A program made the position numbers and the translations under genes. DNA of 64,000 nt. Origin: Podarcis vaucheri. Its lineage: Eukaryota. Below, one piece after another: positions 59,201 through 64,000 of this stretch. The DNA lies in NCBI GenBank assembly GCA_965113315.1, contig OZ220375.1; one strand, 5' to 3'. The first letter of the stretch is position 1. Each line of letters starts with the position of its first letter. A model generated the notes under the pieces. It was given only the letters and a program-made list of their open reading frames with translations. It was not told the DNA's origin and made no database searches.

Positions 59201-62200
59201 CCGTGTTGTCGATAGAGGTGAGCCGGCAGAAAATATTGTCTGTGTCTACTTTGTGCCTTGGAGTTTTGTTTTTTCTTTTCAATTCGGCACAGGTTTAACT
59301 CAGGGATAAATGAAACTCGCTCAGAATTCGGTGCCATTCTGATATTGTGTTTTTAAACTAATGAATGAATGGACGAGTGAGCTGGAAGAGTTGCCCAAAT
59401 GGCTGAAGTTTGGGCATTTCTCTTCGTGGCTTCTTCCCACGCTAACCTTTCTGCATGGCGAACCACTAGTTCGTCCTGCCTTCAGATTGGTACAGTAATG
59501 CCATATAATTTAATCCTAACTCCCCAAGACCACCACTTTGTTTTGTATTATTTTGAATGTGAACAACTGTGTATTTCAAGAAATATTTTTAAATACTTCA
59601 ACTTCGTGTTTCATAAGGGAACTGTAATTTGCCAGTTTCTCTCATGTTCGCTGCCAATTACTGTCATCTCATAACCATGTCTCCAAGCTGTCCAGTTACC
59701 AGCTTCTGGTAACTGCCAGGCACTCCCCCCCAAAAAAGAACCAAACCACCACACAACAACCATACGTGCTCCCCCCACCTTGCACATCCATGCAAACGCA
59801 AATAAAACAAACCTCTCCAGTTTATCCCAACTTCTGATTATCCGAATGTAGAGGTCAGCACTGCAATTTGGACAAATGAAAGTTGTAATCCAATCCACCT
59901 ATCTATCACTCCTCTATTACAGACGCTGTAATCTGCTCGCAGGAATTATCCGCCACACATACACTCAATTGCTCTCAGATCAGATTTACATGGCAACGTG
60001 ATCCCTTTAGAATGGCCAATGTGAATTTGCTCGGTCGAGGGTTTAGCATTCGTGAAATGGTACCGGATTACGATTTAATTTGTTGGGAGCCTAGGCTTTA
60101 ATGACAAGGAAGCCCGTGCGGTTTTAACACTCCCTGAGAATGTAAGGAAATAACAGGCAAAGGAAATGGGTGGTGGGGGTTTTTTTGTTTTGTTTTTAAA
60201 GCTCTCTCTTACAAACAGATTTCCCCTGTAGGTTCTCCTCCCTCAATTTGTGTACAGAGTGCATCCGAACTGTAAATAGAACCGCTTTATTGGCGTGGAA
60301 AAGCAGAAGGGAACGGGAGCAGAGCAGGAAAAGTGGACCTAAGCAACCGCTCCCCTCCCCTCTTACTTGAAAAAAAAGAGCACGACCTTTAAAACTCTTG
60401 TTTAGAAACATGCATATATCACATGTGAATAAGAATGTATGGATTAAGATGTGAAGTTTGACTACTTGGTGGTTAAATAAGTGAGTAAATATGCTACTTG
60501 CATTTAACTTTTTATAATATTACTTTGGAAAGTGTTATGATCCGCTGGGTTTGGAGACGAGTACACTGAATCCCATTTATAATATGATGCAAATCTATTT
60601 TTTACGCCTCTTTGTGACTCAATAGACTTTCCTCTTACATATCCGTGCAATTCGGATCATCTCTAATGTTCATTTTGCAAAAACTCTATTTTCTCTTTTT
60701 ATATATATAAAAGGTCATTAATAGCAACTCGTCTCCTAATAATGATTTACTCATCGTTCAAATGCTTCCCTCCCTTGCAAGGAAGGACTGCTCTTCAATT
60801 TAACTGATGAACATTAATTTAAGAGCTTTTAATGATTCATTTGTAAAGAATGAATCACTCTCTAAAAATGACTTTTAAAGGGAAAGGTGGCTTGGAACTT
60901 ATAGTATAACAGGTCTTAAGCCTATGGAATCAAAAGGAAGTTTGGGGATTTTATGAGCGAGAATATTGTTTATAAGTCAACAACTTCGGTCTTCTGTAGT
61001 GAAGTGTCTGGATTCTTGAAAGTATTTGGGGTCACAATGGGTAATGGGATAATGTTTTATTTAACTTTAGCTTGGGTATTTCTAAAAAAAATTAAAAATA
61101 GTTGGGTAATAAATATTTGTTCTTGCGTGTGAACCATTCTGCCTGTAAGCAGCAACCCTTACAAAGAGAATGTGCTGTTGTTTACTGTTGTTGTTGTTGT
61201 TGTTGTTTGGGCTATGGCACTATTAGAGTTTTAATCGTAGGTCTGTAGGAAGATTTCAACACTGGGCCTACAGTTTTCAATGTTACGCTCGGAAAACCAC
61301 CCGCCAGCCTTCTATAACCCAAATAAACTCTCCTCTGTAGCCTGTTGTTGCTGTAGAGACCTAACATGCTTTCTCTTAGCTTGGAGAATCCATCTTGACC
61401 AAAGTGTGGCATAACTCAAATGGCAAAGAATAAATAAAGATTAAAGGGGCTTATTTACAACGTGTGTAGCTGGTGCTCTGTAGCTGAGGGGGGGGGGTGC
61501 TCCAGGTTCCTGCTTCCCACCCCACCATTTCCTCTCCGCTCATTCCTGCCTCTTCTGCATAGTACCAGCCAACTTTACAAAGCAGAAGGGGGGGGGAGTG
61601 TGTGTGTATGGGGGGGGGAGACAGATAAATGAGGGGATTAAAACAACACCCAAATATTTCTCTGGGCAGACACCAGGCCTCGGAATGCCTTGTTGGGAGG
61701 CAGAAGTTTAAGCGAAGTTAAAGCAGCCCAGAAATCTGCAACCTAGGCAAAGCGAGAAATTCTTCTTAACCAGAAAAGAAAAGGAGGAGTATCTGGCTGT
61801 TGTATTTAACGTGGAGGTTGTAATTCAGCAGCATAGAGAAGTGCGAAGCCAGCAGGACTTTTGGGCAGGAGACTTAAATTGGTACCATAAACTGAAGACC
61901 GGCCTTTAAACACTAGCACAGATACACACAGGACTGAATAGCCTCCTGCTTTTATTCAGGATCATAAAACTATTCACAGGAGAGAGAGCCTTCCTTTTGT
62001 CACATATATAGCCTTACTGCAATTCCATCTAAGTGATGTTTTCCCGCATTGTTGCCATGTATAAGACAATGAACTCTGAAGGCATATCTATATCTATATA
62101 TATCTATATCTATATATATACTCTCCTGCCTCTCGCTCTTTCCAAGCAGGCAGCCATTTGAAACTTAATTTCCAGTCATTTACGTTTAATTTACCTAACT

Positions 62201-63321
62201 TCCCCTGCAGTGTATAATAATATTGTTAATGGGATCACATAGGACTAAAAAGAGGGAGGGCACCCGTCATTGTTTTATCAAAAGAGTTGAGCTAATAATT
62301 AACAAAAATGGGAAATGAGTCTTTGGGGTAAAGTTTTTAATGTGTTATTTTAAAAAAGCAAGCAAACAAACCCACAACCGACCGCACACAAAACGACCGC
62401 CATATTGCTTGATTTGCTTTCCCTCCAAAAGTAAAGGTAGTAAAGGAATAATGAGAAATAGCATTTAAACAGATTTTTAAACAACAAAGCCAGATAGGAA
62501 TGTGGAGGTCAGCTGGCTGTATTTGGGGTGGGGTGGGGGCGTCAGGGTTAAAGGAATATGGGCACAATCTTCCAGAAAGTTCTCTGGCGCAGAAGCCCAA
62601 TTTATGCCAACGACGTTTTCGTAGCAGATCCTCCGGGAGGATTGCGTTCTGTGTTAGTAGAAGCAAAGGTAGTTCTAGAATACGACCCCCCCAGTTTCTG
62701 ATAGTGTTAAGTGTGAAGAGAATAATTGTTCTTTCTAAACGCACTGTAACATGCGAATATCCTTCATTTTCAGTTTACAAATATACATATATATATACAC
62801 CAGCTTCAGTTCACCATTCGATATTTGATCATGCGAGCAGAAGTAAAGACAAACATAAATAACTTCAAGCAGAGAAATAATCAGAAGCAACTTTGATAGG
62901 AACAATCACTTATTTTAAGACGCCGAGAAAAGTACCCGATTTTATCAACTTACCAAAACTCAAGAACTAGCTCCTCGTGTTAAAGAAGGTTCAGTGGGTT
63001 TTCTGCACACAGAGACACACAAGCCCCCCTCCCCATCTCGCAATGTTAATGCTAAAATCTGAAAGCTGTGAAAGTATTTCACACGACTTAAAACACTAAA
63101 AGAAGCCTAGTCTACAATGATGAGCGAGCTATATACCCGGAGAGATGGATGGGAATTTTCTCCAGCTCCGTTTCCAGAATGTGTAAGGCATGTCCAATCC
63201 ATTACATGACAAAAACATATTAACTGTAGAAAATGAAAATCTTGGTCTACTTAAACTAGTTTTCATGGGAAATTAATCATTGTAAAACATGGAAACAAAA
63301 AACGAATCGTTCCTCTGTTGG

Positions 63322-63335
63322 ACGGTAGATGGCAG
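63322..63335 (+). promoter_or_regulatory. CTCF-like motif upstream of HOXB6
   Basis: ACGGTAGATGGCAG matches 13/14 consensus positions, with flanking TGG...CA. Confidence 0.55.
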
Positions 63336-64000
63336 CAAACAGCATAGAATGAGCAAGCTGAGACGCTGCAAAGCCAACTCCTAAGACAAAATAAAGAGAA
63401 ATAGCTGCTTTGATATTTTTTTTGGGGGGGTTATAGGAAGGGGGAGGGAGATAAACAACTTGGTAGTGTTTAACCGATAGGAATTCATTAATTAGTGGCT
63501 TTATATAAATGGGCACAATCCGCCGGGAAGCTCCCCTTAACAAGCCCCCCCCCCTTGAGAGAGATGAGCAGGAGCTCTAAAGGTAGGGAAGCAGAGGTTG
63601 AGTTACAAAGGGCAGATCATCTAATAAGACCAGTAAGACCTACTGGGTAAAAATAAAATAAAAAAATTCTAGCCTCAAATATTTAAAATGGGTAGAAAGG
63701 AGGGGCGCAGGAAAGGAGAAAGGGCATGCAAAACGACGACTGGGCATAGTTACGTATGAAAAATGCAGAACGAATTTTATCCACAACTTTTCAACTTTCT
63801 CTATGATTTTCACCCTAGCTGCGATATGCTTCCAACGAAATTATATTCAGAAACAAACAAACAAACAAAAGGTTAACATGCTAGAAAATGTGCACAGTTT
63901 TTTTAAAAATAATAATTCACAAGCGTTACCTAACTGCACAATACGAAATTTACCAGGAGACCGACCGGTTGTGCATGCAACACTCGTATTTTCAAATAAT

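Overview
Vertebrate genomic DNA: the central part of a HoxB cluster transcribed on the minus strand. The repeat content (CR1 tail, squamate-type SINE, hAT/mariner/Harbinger-like MITEs) points to a squamate reptile, probably a lacertid-type lizard (inference). From right to left it holds the HOXB6/HOXB7 intergenic region, HOXB6 (2 exons, 226 aa), HOXB5 (2 exons, 298 aa, with a 27-aa Ser/Thr-Asn-Gly repeat insertion), a DE-type DR5 RARE, a B4U-type DR5 RARE, mir-10a, HOXB4 (2 exons, 253 aa), and about 24 kb of HOXB3 leader region. That leader region contains a distal promoter, CR3/LNE-like and ENE-like enhancers, and putative upstream exons. The HOXB3 and HOXB7 coding exons are outside the window. 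The most intriguing observation is four putative sense-strand exons in the HOXB3 leader (22299-22229, 18910-18873, 15663-15630, 4704-4389). They have canonical splice sites and chain in frame from a strong-Kozak ATG into a 152-aa non-homeodomain ORF, a candidate hidden protein-coding unit inside the Hox cluster (unverified). Other notable features are about 30 short palindromic MITE copies (some nested), CTCF-like cores at the 5|6 and 6|7 positions, and a (UUA)14 repeat just before the HOXB6 start codon. All orthology assignments come from my recall of known sequences, not from database searches.
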